IMG/VR virus record: IMGVR_UViG_3300029887_000004
Direction: 5' to 3' (one strand)
DNA: 57,747 bases
Source: a virus
Lineage: Duplodnaviria; Heunggongvirae; Uroviricota; Caudoviricetes
In this document: positions 22,401 through 31,336 of the stretch, in pieces
How positions within the stretch are numbered: the first letter of the stretch is position 1
How the letters are laid out: each line of letters begins with the position of its first letter
Notes under the pieces: model-generated
What the model was told of the DNA's origin: nothing
The model's database searches: none
Seen by the model: only the letters and a program-made list of their open reading frames with translations
Made by a program: the position numbers and the translations under genes

Positions 22401-23808
22401 ATATTGGGATACTATGTTCCGACATGACTATGTACAAAGCGGAACAGTCCAATGGAAAATGTACAAAGTAGAAAAAGGAAACCGTCATTCTGAATGGTCT
22501 CCTGCACCAGAAGATACAAGTACCGCTATCACAAAAGTAGAGCAAACAGCAACAAGCATTCGAGCAGACCTAAAAAATACCCAAGGAGACGTAAGCTCAT
22601 TACAAGCGACAGCTTCTGGGCTACAAAAGAGTATTTCTAATGCACAAGGCGATATTAATACTATGAAATCAGATGCTACAACAATGAAAACACGGATTTC
22701 TAATGCTGAAGGAGATATATCGACTCTACAACAAACAGCGAATGGTTTTCAAGTACAACTTAGTAAGAAAGCAGATCAAGTTGATAGTTTTAATGCAGCC
22801 AAAACAGCAACCAACTTTATGGAGTTTACTTCTGGAAATGGTTTGCAAATCGGAAACAAAACTGATGGTTCTTGGTCTGGCTATCGGACTAAGATTTCAG
22901 CATCAGCATTTGAGATTCTTAACCGGGAAGGAACGACACTCGCATATTATGGTGATAAGTTGATCCAGCTTGGAAAGAACGCAAAAGATGCGGTTATTGA
23001 GTTATGTGGCGGTGTCGGTAAGATTTTGGTTGAAACAAAATCCGGCAATGCGGCTCTGTCAATCCAGAGCGAATATGTAGATATTAAAGGTGTCCACGAA
23101 TCTGTATTGGAGACATCAAGTTCTTCTGGAAGCTGTATAGCCGGAGCTGTTGACGATTCTTTTGTTGTAAATACTTACTCGGATGCCAACAACAAAGCAA
23201 ACTTCGATATTGGTAACGGTAGCATTATTCTTGAATCAAAGAAGAAAGGTTATCAGGCAGAGGTCGAATTTTATGGCTGTGGCTGGTCTGGAGGAGTGTA
23301 TACTGGAGCGTTCGCACCGACCAAGGCGTACTCCGAAAAGATTATGTTAGGAGATAGTGGAAGAGTATGGGAGCGTTTGATTGTTAAAAACTCCCCACAG
23401 GTCACATCCGATCGCCGCGCCAAAACAAACATATTTCCACTCGGTGAGAGCAAGATCAATAAGACGGATATTCATTCAGAGCTGTTCGATCGCTTAAAAC
23501 CAGTTCAGTATCGGATGATTGACGGTGATGGGCGCATTTGTTATGGATTCGTCGCACAGGATGTCGTAGAAGCCATGCGAGAACTAGGAATCCGAGAAGA
23601 CGAGCTGGATCTGGTACACCACGACAGAAAGAACACTGAGGATGGCTATATTGATACCTATAGTATGGTATATACCAATTTGATTGCGGTAATAACGCAT
23701 GAGCTACAGCTCGAAAAAGAAAGAAGATCGAATCTTGAGTTAGAGGTCGCAGATCTAAGAAGTGAACTTGAAACCATGAGGGATAATCTCTCGGGGAATA
23801 CAAATTAA
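19456..23808 (+). CDS. Tail fibre/spike with C-terminal Peptidase S74-type intramolecular chaperone
   Basis: YMWVKYA...YIGIAYN...NPNDYTWTKIKG fibre motif, coiled-coil repeats, KVEKGN...WSPAPED module, SDRRAKTNI...LKPVQY...GFVAQDV chaperone motif. Confidence 0.8.
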   Translation: MLLSSNELDMLILQHGKDGTSANSKYMWVKYAQDKTGTGLTDDPTNAIYIGIAYNKTEEHESENPNDYTWTKIKGNDGEAAYTVILQNENITFSVSHENNIALTDQSFNTSVLVFKGVEPVTNFTIGTVDSKNGISVVKKNNTITFSVTAGNKITSNYGSFSIPILVDGLTFIKEITWSLAKAGATGEQGNPGESAINVSIGNESQNIPCTYDGYVLDDMLIEISFIGYYGLSKTDCNVTVGTLPSGMTLGSIQNCTTVDNGKIILNIAKNATLGTASTLTGNVVLTFTINGKTLTKNFTWTKSKDGGLSYIYTIEPSTYVINKTYDDALSPASITFSAFYQKNGDNRKSYNGLFTIEESLMGSDFKSTYLSSKNESSIIYTPTSNKIKSIRCTLCQADKISTVLDRQTIVVLSDEKIKDALTSVTTKIDGVSSKVDGIDKKITDKVWQTDITTAVNNYDGTTIKSIRDQVSSQETKIGEITSEVSDVQTTIQNNQVSVQKDIASIKQDMTGFKQTVESTYETKDNASSKYSSFDQRAGKIETSVKDLQSNITTLTQTDTEIKADLKNAQGDITTLQSTASGLSTKITDTQGDVNNLKADASSMKSDISDAKGNISELQRTSTNLQSQITNNQTNINILSGDPMNYSQLKEDTADYFGFTYDNTADGKWYTVKILSRDKFISEYYECMGGESFNIEFEISTSVKGNSTDGGTDSTYKGTAIGLYGFNAQKQSVGIYYSTRTTATAAATATKISSVVSVPPNSRYFRVFLQTESWGNFSGTLKIRNVIVSRIKAMETRISSAETAIQQNTNDISLRATNVQLEQAKKDINGKFADYSTTSEMNSAIKVKADSITQEVSKTYTKQTDFNSLYIGGRNLALTTSNAYSSGYSNFSGIQNTCVFTANVLTDGLNVGDTITVRILYKYTNIVPTAGQTALVWLQGQGNVTGWYSGAFPGSSSIAISGSGEYEFLYTATINSDHLKNSYWDTMFRHDYVQSGTVQWKMYKVEKGNRHSEWSPAPEDTSTAITKVEQTATSIRADLKNTQGDVSSLQATASGLQKSISNAQGDINTMKSDATTMKTRISNAEGDISTLQQTANGFQVQLSKKADQVDSFNAAKTATNFMEFTSGNGLQIGNKTDGSWSGYRTKISASAFEILNREGTTLAYYGDKLIQLGKNAKDAVIELCGGVGKILVETKSGNAALSIQSEYVDIKGVHESVLETSSSSGSCIAGAVDDSFVVNTYSDANNKANFDIGNGSIILESKKKGYQAEVEFYGCGWSGGVYTGAFAPTKAYSEKIMLGDSGRVWERLIVKNSPQVTSDRRAKTNIFPLGESKINKTDIHSELFDRLKPVQYRMIDGDGRICYGFVAQDVVEAMRELGIREDELDLVHHDRKNTEDGYIDTYSMVYTNLIAVITHELQLEKERRSNLELEVADLRSELETMRDNLSGNTN

Positions 23809-23826
23809 TTTTAGGAGGACAGAACT

Positions 23827-24102
23827 ATGGCAGAAGTAAAAGCAACTTACACAAAGGACATTCATTATTCGGGTATTATTACTGTAGATGGTGAAACAGT
23901 AATATCTATGGACGCAAACATGGACGCAAAACATCCAGATGTACCGATCATTAACCGATACATCAATAATGGCAGAAAATATAGAGCAAATAAGTCTGCT
24001 ATTGATGATATTGTTGATAAATTTGAAAATGATATCTGGACTGAATATGATGAATATATTGCAAAGCTAGAAGCAGAAAACACAAACACTGTATCGAAAT
24101 AA
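23827..24102 (+). CDS. Small tail-associated hypothetical protein
   Basis: AGGAGG SD; 91 aa, directly after the fibre gene. Confidence 0.7.
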   Translation: MAEVKATYTKDIHYSGIITVDGETVISMDANMDAKHPDVPIINRYINNGRKYRANKSAIDDIVDKFENDIWTEYDEYIAKLEAENTNTVSK

Positions 24103-24103
24103 T

Positions 24104-24349
24104 TTAATACATATTCTTTACATACCATTTCCGCTCGCCCCATTCATATATTAAATATATTTGGTGCATTTGATAATCTATCTCGCATTCACAAGTAAAT
24201 TGAATATATGTTATATACTTTACTTGTGTCTTCATTGTTACAGGAATAGAGCCATGTTCTTTATATCTAAAATACAAAGGCATGACTCTTCCTTCTGTAT
24301 CGAAAGACGCAATTACTGGCACTGGTATTAGATTTTGTTTATTATACAT
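24104..24349 (-). CDS. Hypothetical protein with its own promoter (moron-like)
   Basis: GGGAG SD; TTGACA upstream on the minus strand near 24398; PVPVIASFDTEG motif. Confidence 0.6.
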   Translation of the reverse strand: MYNKQNLIPVPVIASFDTEGRVMPLYFRYKEHGSIPVTMKTQVKYITYIQFTCECEIDYQMHQIYLIYEWGERKWYVKNMY

Positions 24350-24428
24350 ACAATCATCTCCCTTACTATTAATTTACCATATTATCAATTATTGTCAAGG
24401 GATGATATAAAATAGAAAGGAGGGAGTA

Positions 24429-24688
24429 ATGAGCAAAAAGTTAAATGAACAAGGTTTATCTCATTTATTGTTAAAATTGAAGTCAATATTTGCTACAAAA
24501 CAACATTCTCATACAAAATCAGAAGTCGGTCTTTCAAAAGTAGATAACACATCCGACGCGGAGAAATCTGTAAAATATGCTGCTATTGCTACATTGCCGG
24601 AAGTATATACACTGGAGCCGTAGAATCAGGTTATAATGGAAATCCGAGCGAATTTGGAGCTAAATTATACGAATTAATCAACAAATAA
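24429..24688 (+). pseudogene. Short tail-fibre-like protein, apparently frameshifted near 24610
   Basis: HSHTKSEVGLSKVDNTSD fibre motif; an alternative frame continues TGAVESGYNGNPSEFGAKLYELINK*. Confidence 0.5.
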
Positions 24689-24738
24689 GAAAAATATTGT
24701 TGTATTTTCCAAACTCAGAAACGAGGTGAACTAATTAA

Positions 24739-27255
24739 ATGGATGAAAACTTTATCTTAAACGAAAATTACACAGTGTCTCCAATGAGCGACCAACATTC
24801 AACAGCTACAATTTCAGAGAAGGTTGTAGATGTGTCAAACATTGGTACATTCGTTATGGGAGAACACAATTCTTCTATGATCACTTTCCAGATTGATCGA
24901 TATTATGATGGTGTCGATCTGTCTGATAAGAAAATTAAAATTGTATATAAAAATAGCAATGGTATTTATAAATCAGATGACGCAGAAATTTGCAATGTGA
25001 AATATTCTCAAAAGTCTCTACGTTTTTCATGGGTCGTTTCAAATAATGTAACACAAACAACTAAATTCATTGCTTATATTTGTTTTATTTCGGAAGATTA
25101 TTTACTGAAAACAGAGAATTTTACTGTCCAAGTCAAATCATCTTTTGATCCCAGTACAAGTGAACCTTCTGCTAATTGGTTTGTAACAATTGAAGGCAAG
25201 CTTGAGAAAATCGAAAAAGATATTGCAAATAATCATGTATATGATTGGGCGAAACAACCTGAGAAACCAACTTATACTCCTGAAGAGATTGGTGCAGAAA
25301 AAGCTGGTACATCCGATGGAATTTTCAGAAGTGCTATGAAGTATACGGACGGAGAAATCTCAAGACTGGAAGATACGGTTATTCCTGACAATGTAGCAAC
25401 ATTAGAACAAAAAATTACAGACCTTAATCAGTCCGTAGTTAATTTACAAGATGCTAAAGCAAAAAAAGTGCATACTCATCTTGTCGCAGATATTACAGAC
25501 TTTCCAACAAGCCTTCCAGCAAGTGATGTGCATGATTGGGCAAAAGCAGAAACAAAACCGACCTATACACACGATGAAGTTGGCGCACTTTCCTCTTCTA
25601 CTCATATTCCGTCTACATTAGAAGAAATGACGGATGATCAAAATCATCGAACCGTGTCTGATACTGAGAAAGAAACATGGAATAACAAAAGTGAATTCTC
25701 AGGTGAATATTCCGATCTAAAAAATATCCCAGAAATTAAACAATTAACAGATGAATTAAAAGCAAAATATGATGCGGCATCTGATATTGCTGCCAAGAAT
25801 AAATCTGATATTACTACAAAATTAAATAAATCTGGATACACTGCTCATCAATGGTTGCAAACAGATGAAAATGGAAATATCGTCGCAGGTGAGAAACCTA
25901 CATATACACCTTCGGAGGTATCTGCTCTTCCAGACACAACACATATTCCATCAACACTAGCAGAAATGATAGAGGATGACAAACATAAAATAATCACATC
26001 TGCTGAACGTGAAAAATGGAATGCAAAAAGTGATTTCTCTGGTAGCTATAACGATTTAACAGATGTTCCAGAAATCAAACAACTCACTGATGATCTAAAA
26101 GAAAAATTAGATGATTTTGAAGGCGTTATTTTACCTTTAAAATACATCAATATATTTAATAAAGAAAATATTGTAAAAGGCAAAATATATAACCCATATG
26201 TAAACGCAAAAGATACAGAGTTTCAAATCGTAGAAAATGGTTTTTACTCTACTGACAAATATTTCTGTAAACAAGGTGATGTAATATATTATTCAGCTGC
26301 ATATATCTATCTGTTAATATACGACAAAAACGGAAATTGTGTCGAAGTATTTAATCCGACAACAACGGGTTCTGTAATAGTATCTAATAGTAATGCCGAA
26401 TATTTCAGATACACATGTTCAGCGTCCGATAAAACTTATGTGGATAGATTTGCGTTATCAATAAACAAGGCCCTACCCGATATATATATACCTTATGGGG
26501 TAACATGGGAGCAATATAACAACAACAAAAACTTTTATATGCCAAAAGTCATTGTTAGTGTTGATTATAGTTTTTCTGAAATTACAAATCCTCATATCAC
26601 ATATGGACTTGAGAATGGAATAAGATTTGTTTTTAATGGTCAATCAGAAAATGCAAGAACGCTGTTAAAAAAAGGATGTGATTTAGGAACATACTCTAAT
26701 GACAGCGATTATTTACCGGATTTTTCGACGATAAACAATGAAAATGATAAGGACTTAAAGGCATGGGATGATTATGTTAAACACGCGCTATCATTGCAAG
26801 AAAACAAGGGATTTGTTCGACCAGTATTGTGGGAATGTTTCCAATTACGATATGGCACGGCTTTAGAAAAAGCCTTAAAAAACAATGGGTATATTTATGC
26901 CAGAGGTAAACAATCCGGTAATGGTTTCTACCCGGTAAAAAATGTTAATTATCAACAATTTGATTGTATTGCCCCAACAGATACGACGCTAGACAATGTA
27001 AAAACTGTAATAAATAATTGCTGCAAAGAATCAAAGACACTTTGTATTCTTTTTCATAGAGTGTTAGATAATGTTCCTAGCGAAGATACATGGGATATTT
27101 CAACCGAATATTATAAACAAATAATAGATTACATTTTAGAGTTTATAAATGCTGGAAAAATCATAAATGTGACTCCGAACGAGTTGTACAATTTGTCGAA
27201 TCCAATCAATGCACATATTCGAGACAATGTAAAGTTAATAAATTTAATTAACTAA
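24739..27255 (+). CDS. BppU-like baseplate/fibre protein with internal repeats and a C-terminal polysaccharide-deacetylase-like domain
   Basis: ITFQIDRYYDGVDLS N-terminus; KPTYT repeats; C-terminal GYIYARG, CILFHRV, VTPNE. Confidence 0.6.
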   Translation: MDENFILNENYTVSPMSDQHSTATISEKVVDVSNIGTFVMGEHNSSMITFQIDRYYDGVDLSDKKIKIVYKNSNGIYKSDDAEICNVKYSQKSLRFSWVVSNNVTQTTKFIAYICFISEDYLLKTENFTVQVKSSFDPSTSEPSANWFVTIEGKLEKIEKDIANNHVYDWAKQPEKPTYTPEEIGAEKAGTSDGIFRSAMKYTDGEISRLEDTVIPDNVATLEQKITDLNQSVVNLQDAKAKKVHTHLVADITDFPTSLPASDVHDWAKAETKPTYTHDEVGALSSSTHIPSTLEEMTDDQNHRTVSDTEKETWNNKSEFSGEYSDLKNIPEIKQLTDELKAKYDAASDIAAKNKSDITTKLNKSGYTAHQWLQTDENGNIVAGEKPTYTPSEVSALPDTTHIPSTLAEMIEDDKHKIITSAEREKWNAKSDFSGSYNDLTDVPEIKQLTDDLKEKLDDFEGVILPLKYINIFNKENIVKGKIYNPYVNAKDTEFQIVENGFYSTDKYFCKQGDVIYYSAAYIYLLIYDKNGNCVEVFNPTTTGSVIVSNSNAEYFRYTCSASDKTYVDRFALSINKALPDIYIPYGVTWEQYNNNKNFYMPKVIVSVDYSFSEITNPHITYGLENGIRFVFNGQSENARTLLKKGCDLGTYSNDSDYLPDFSTINNENDKDLKAWDDYVKHALSLQENKGFVRPVLWECFQLRYGTALEKALKNNGYIYARGKQSGNGFYPVKNVNYQQFDCIAPTDTTLDNVKTVINNCCKESKTLCILFHRVLDNVPSEDTWDISTEYYKQIIDYILEFINAGKIINVTPNELYNLSNPINAHIRDNVKLINLIN

Positions 27256-27383
27256 AGCAGACTTTAGTTGATTTAAAAGTATTTATAAGAAAAACAATGT
27301 AGCAATTAAGCACCGTAGGATTAGTAATTCTATTGATGTTTAATTGCTGCATTTATTATTTTTGTGGTATACGAGGAAAATTT

Positions 27384-27857
27384 ATGAACAAATTAAAACT
27401 TTTATACACTTCTCTTCTTTGTCATATCTTCATTTTTTTATTTTCTGGATCAGTTTATTACGGTATAGAAGTCCTCTTTAAAAAATCTCATACATCACAT
27501 TGGTCTATGTTCTTACTCGCAGGTTTTGCTGGTTTATTTTTTATTGATGGTTTAAATGACATGTTTTCATATGATATGGATTATTTACTACAGATTCTAA
27601 TTTGTAGTATTGCCATTACTGTAGGTGAATATATTGTTGGCATTACGCTAAATCGAGACTATACCATATGGGATTATCGCAATATGCCATTCAATATCAA
27701 AGGGCAAATTTGCTTGCCGTTTTGTTTCATTTGGATATTTCTATCTGCTATTTTTATTCCATTTTTAGATTGGGTTGAATGGGCAATATTTAATCAAAAG
27801 AAATCAGAAAAACCATATTATAAGATTTTTGGAAAAACCATTTTTAGATTTAAATAA
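27384..27857 (+). CDS. Membrane protein of the 'putative ABC-transporter type IV' (CmpB-like) family
   Basis: SHWSMF, ITVGEYIVG and WDYRNMPFNIKGQIC motifs; about four TM helices. Confidence 0.7.
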   Translation: MNKLKLLYTSLLCHIFIFLFSGSVYYGIEVLFKKSHTSHWSMFLLAGFAGLFFIDGLNDMFSYDMDYLLQILICSIAITVGEYIVGITLNRDYTIWDYRNMPFNIKGQICLPFCFIWIFLSAIFIPFLDWVEWAIFNQKKSEKPYYKIFGKTIFRFK

Positions 27858-27861
27858 TTTG

Positions 27862-27896
27862 ATGAGAGGTATCTATATGATATCTCTCATTTTTTG
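27862..27896 (+). terminator. Intrinsic terminator
   Basis: ATGAGAGGTATC...GATATCTCTCAT followed by a T-tract. Confidence 0.6.
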
Positions 27897-27913
27897 TGAA
27901 AGAAGGCGATTAG

Positions 27914-29671
27914 ATGACAGAAAAAGAATTCGTTGAAAAAATAGGTAAGCTTGCCGCCGAAGATATGAAGACAAGTGGAATTTTAGCATCAGTTACTACT
28001 GCCCAGGCTTGCTTGGAATCTGGATACGGAACAACCGAATTGGCAAAAAATGCGAATAATTTATTCGGCATGAAAACAACACTATCAAATAATACATGGG
28101 CATCCGTATGGGATGGAAAAGGCAAATATACCAAAAAGACAAACGAACAGACCAAAGACGGAAAAGTATATGTGATTACGGCTGATTTTAGGAAATATGC
28201 AAATATTTTAATGAGTATTAAAGATCATTCCTGCTATCTCAACGGAGCAATGAATGGAAAGTTGAAAAGATATGCAGGACTATCTGGTTGCACGGATTAT
28301 AAAACTGCAGCGCAGATCATCAAAAATGGCGGATATGCAACAGATGTTAAATATGTAGATAAAATTTGTAGTTTGATCGAACGATGGGATTTAACTCGTT
28401 TTGATAATTTTGGAAAGGAGAATGATAATATGAATATTATAGATGTTACAAGCGCAAGTAAATCATACGTTCCACAGTGGGGAAACAAGAAACAGTATAT
28501 TGTCGTTCACTATCTTGGCGTAGCAGGACAGAATAATAAAATTAATTCAGATGGATGTGGTGCGCATTACTATATTTATTGGGATGGTACGATTTATAAA
28601 GCAGCAGACCATAATGCTATCCTTTGGCAAGTAGGCACTGCAGGATACTATACTCAAAAACATCCATATGCAAGAAATAGTAACTGTATCGGAATCGAGA
28701 TGTGTCCTAAGTGTGATGGATCTGGAAAATATGCAGAAGATCCAACATGGTATTTTACAGAAGCAACGCAAAATGCTTGTGTGCAATTAGTAAAATATTT
28801 GATGGGACAACTTGGCGTAGGTGCAGATCATGTACTGAGACATTATGATGTTGTAAACAAATATTGTCCTGCGCCATATGTTACTAATAATAAGTATAAA
28901 ACTTCTTGGACTTGGAATGAGTTTAAAGCAAAACTTGGAGCAACTTATACTCCTCCAGTTGTACAGTCTCAGCCAACATCAACAAAGACTTACAAGACCG
29001 GTATGTATAAGGTAAATTGTGATCTTCATATCAGATCGGATGCTACTGTTAATTCAAAAGTTGTCAACACTATTCGAGATCGTGGCACATACACAGTAAC
29101 TGAAATTAAGAATAACTGCTGGGGAAAACTAAAATCCGGAGCCGGTTGGATCAATGTTTCGGATGAATATTGTACGTATGTTGGTGTAGTAGCCACTGCA
29201 AGTAAACCAGTGTCTAAACCAACCGCAAAGCCAGCTACGCCCGTATACAAAGCAGGAAAATATAAAGTTAATTGCGATGATTTAACAATTAGAAGCGATG
29301 CATCCAGCAAGGCAAGTGCAACTGGAAGTATTCGTGACAAAGGAACTTATAATATCACTGAAATCAAAAATACATATTGGGGAAAACTAAAATCCGGAGC
29401 TGGCTGGATTTGCATTGACAAAGATTTTTGTACTTATGTCGGTGTTTTGGATAAGCACATCACTGTTGTAAATAAAGAATTTCAAATTGCAGTTAGAGAA
29501 AATGGTATCAGAGTTCGTGCTTCTGCTGGTCTAAGCGCTAGAATTGCCATTGGTTCTTGCCCTATTGGAACATATACTATCACAGAAACAAAAACTGCTG
29601 ATGGATATACATGGGGTAAATTGAAATCTGGTGCAGGATGGATAGCAATTGAATGCTGTGTTAGATTATAA
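27914..29671 (+). CDS. Endolysin: GH73 glucosaminidase + Amidase_2 + three SH3-like repeats
   Basis: AQACLESGYG, NNLFGMK, GYATD; YIVVHY, AHYYI, IGIEMC, RHYDV...CP; WGKLKSGAGWI three times. Confidence 0.9.
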   Translation: MTEKEFVEKIGKLAAEDMKTSGILASVTTAQACLESGYGTTELAKNANNLFGMKTTLSNNTWASVWDGKGKYTKKTNEQTKDGKVYVITADFRKYANILMSIKDHSCYLNGAMNGKLKRYAGLSGCTDYKTAAQIIKNGGYATDVKYVDKICSLIERWDLTRFDNFGKENDNMNIIDVTSASKSYVPQWGNKKQYIVVHYLGVAGQNNKINSDGCGAHYYIYWDGTIYKAADHNAILWQVGTAGYYTQKHPYARNSNCIGIEMCPKCDGSGKYAEDPTWYFTEATQNACVQLVKYLMGQLGVGADHVLRHYDVVNKYCPAPYVTNNKYKTSWTWNEFKAKLGATYTPPVVQSQPTSTKTYKTGMYKVNCDLHIRSDATVNSKVVNTIRDRGTYTVTEIKNNCWGKLKSGAGWINVSDEYCTYVGVVATASKPVSKPTAKPATPVYKAGKYKVNCDDLTIRSDASSKASATGSIRDKGTYNITEIKNTYWGKLKSGAGWICIDKDFCTYVGVLDKHITVVNKEFQIAVRENGIRVRASAGLSARIAIGSCPIGTYTITETKTADGYTWGKLKSGAGWIAIECCVRL

Positions 29672-29813
29672 TAAATACACGCGCGAAATAAGAAAAGCCA
29701 CCTTCATCAGGCAGCCAGAAAAGAAATTTTTCTTTTTTCACCATCATATGAAACAACCGTTTCATCAGTGCAAAAATAGTATATCATATAAGATAAAATG
29801 ATGCAATAATTTT

Positions 29814-29852
29814 ATGGGGAATATCAATTAATTTTGGTATTCCCCATTTTTT
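29814..29852. terminator. Bidirectional-type terminator between endolysin and tniQ
   Basis: ATGGGGAATA...TATTCCCCAT followed by a T-tract. Confidence 0.65.
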
Positions 29853-31336
29853 TACGCTTTTTTATTATTTTTTTGTATTTTTAGGTACGTTTCAGGATAT
29901 CTGTATTGTAGTATATCCATAGCTTTTATCATATTTTTTTCTATTATGTGTACCATACCCTTTAATTCGCTATATGAAATATAATCGCTGTCAATTTGAT
30001 CGACAATATATTTTATTTTATCGACCCAATAATCCTCTATTGGTTTTTCTTTTGTTTTAATATACTTATAGCATTGTGGCATATAATAAAAATCATTTCT
30101 TCTGATGTCTTGACAAATTTGTTGCATGAAAGCATTAAATCCTCCTACAGTTAATCTTCTAACTTTGCCAGAATTCTTAAAATATAAGTCAATATAATAT
30201 TCAATTTTAGGATAATACTTTTTATCCAATTCAGAATACCTCTTTCCTTTAGGCGATATATTCCTACTGCTACTATGTGCATAATTTTGGCTTATTAATT
30301 TTTGTTTTTCAACTTCATATTGACCGTTAATTATTTTACTTACATTACAAGGTAAAATATGATATTGTTTCGCAAGCTTGTTTATGCCGTTATCTTTTGT
30401 ATACTCTGATCGAATTCTTTCGATTAATTCCGAATCAATTTGTTTCGCCGTTTTACATACAAAAATATCAGATATTTGTATATCTAAAAATAATAATATA
30501 TGAATTGTTCTAAGTGGATTCGCTTTATTTAAGAATATACTACTCATTGCTTTTATTTGACAAGTTTCCTTTATGTTATTGTCAGATAAATATTGTTTAA
30601 AATTATCTAAAAATACCGACTTGTGTTGGAGCCATGAAAGCTGATTGATATATTTCTTTTGAACTAACTTCCTGTAAAATACGTCAAACATCGTAATACC
30701 GTTCTTAAGACTCTGTTTTCTTACTACTAATTGATATAGGTATTTTGCAGCCTTGATTTCACCGATGGTTCCCATATCATATGAATAATCATCATTAATG
30801 CAATTTTCAGCCGTTAGAAAATTTATTATTCTTGAATTGTTAACATGAACCGATGAATCTTTGAGTTTACATCCATGAATTACACAAACATTAATTTCTG
30901 GAATTTGATGAAAAGCATTCCAATATGTTTCGTGATATTGCTCTCGATTTTCTTTTGTACATAATGGACAATATTTTAGAAATATTTTTTGATGTTTATG
31001 TTTTGGTCTTGGGGAAAGGTATTCTAAAAAACTTTTGTCATTTGATATGAGCTTTCTCAACGCATTTTCTTTATCCGATTCGTTTAGAAATACAGACCAG
31101 TAAAAAAGCATAGTATGGTTATAGTATAAGTCATTAATAATATAATTTTTCGATATAAAAGAACGTAGTACATCACTTGGTTCGTTTATATAAAATATTT
31201 CGATGTATTCATTCGGTCGTTTAAACACGATTTCTTTAAAAGATTGATTACTCTGTACATTTATATCTTGTTTCAATCTTGAATATATGCTATAAAACAA
31301 TTCATAGTCATATATTTTAGGAAAATAATTTAACAT
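29852..31336 (-). CDS. tniQ: Tn7-like target selector TniQ/TnsD
   Basis: FPKIYDYELFYSIYSR N-terminus; YCPLC...HQIPEINVCVIHGC Zn motif; 494 aa (TnsD-sized). Confidence 0.85.
   Translation of the reverse strand: MLNYFPKIYDYELFYSIYSRLKQDINVQSNQSFKEIVFKRPNEYIEIFYINEPSDVLRSFISKNYIINDLYYNHTMLFYWSVFLNESDKENALRKLISNDKSFLEYLSPRPKHKHQKIFLKYCPLCTKENREQYHETYWNAFHQIPEINVCVIHGCKLKDSSVHVNNSRIINFLTAENCINDDYSYDMGTIGEIKAAKYLYQLVVRKQSLKNGITMFDVFYRKLVQKKYINQLSWLQHKSVFLDNFKQYLSDNNIKETCQIKAMSSIFLNKANPLRTIHILLFLDIQISDIFVCKTAKQIDSELIERIRSEYTKDNGINKLAKQYHILPCNVSKIINGQYEVEKQKLISQNYAHSSSRNISPKGKRYSELDKKYYPKIEYYIDLYFKNSGKVRRLTVGGFNAFMQQICQDIRRNDFYYMPQCYKYIKTKEKPIEDYWVDKIKYIVDQIDSDYISYSELKGMVHIIEKNMIKAMDILQYRYPETYLKIQKNNKKA

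Noticed and set aside
19456..27255. Diversity-generating retroelement or invertase shufflon acting on the fibres
   Set aside because: No reverse transcriptase or invertase gene; repeats are degenerate at DNA level and I saw no adenine-specific TR/VR pair.
29672..29765. Short minus-strand ORF or type I toxin between the endolysin and tniQ
   Set aside because: About 32 codons, no SD and no convincing hydrophobic helix.
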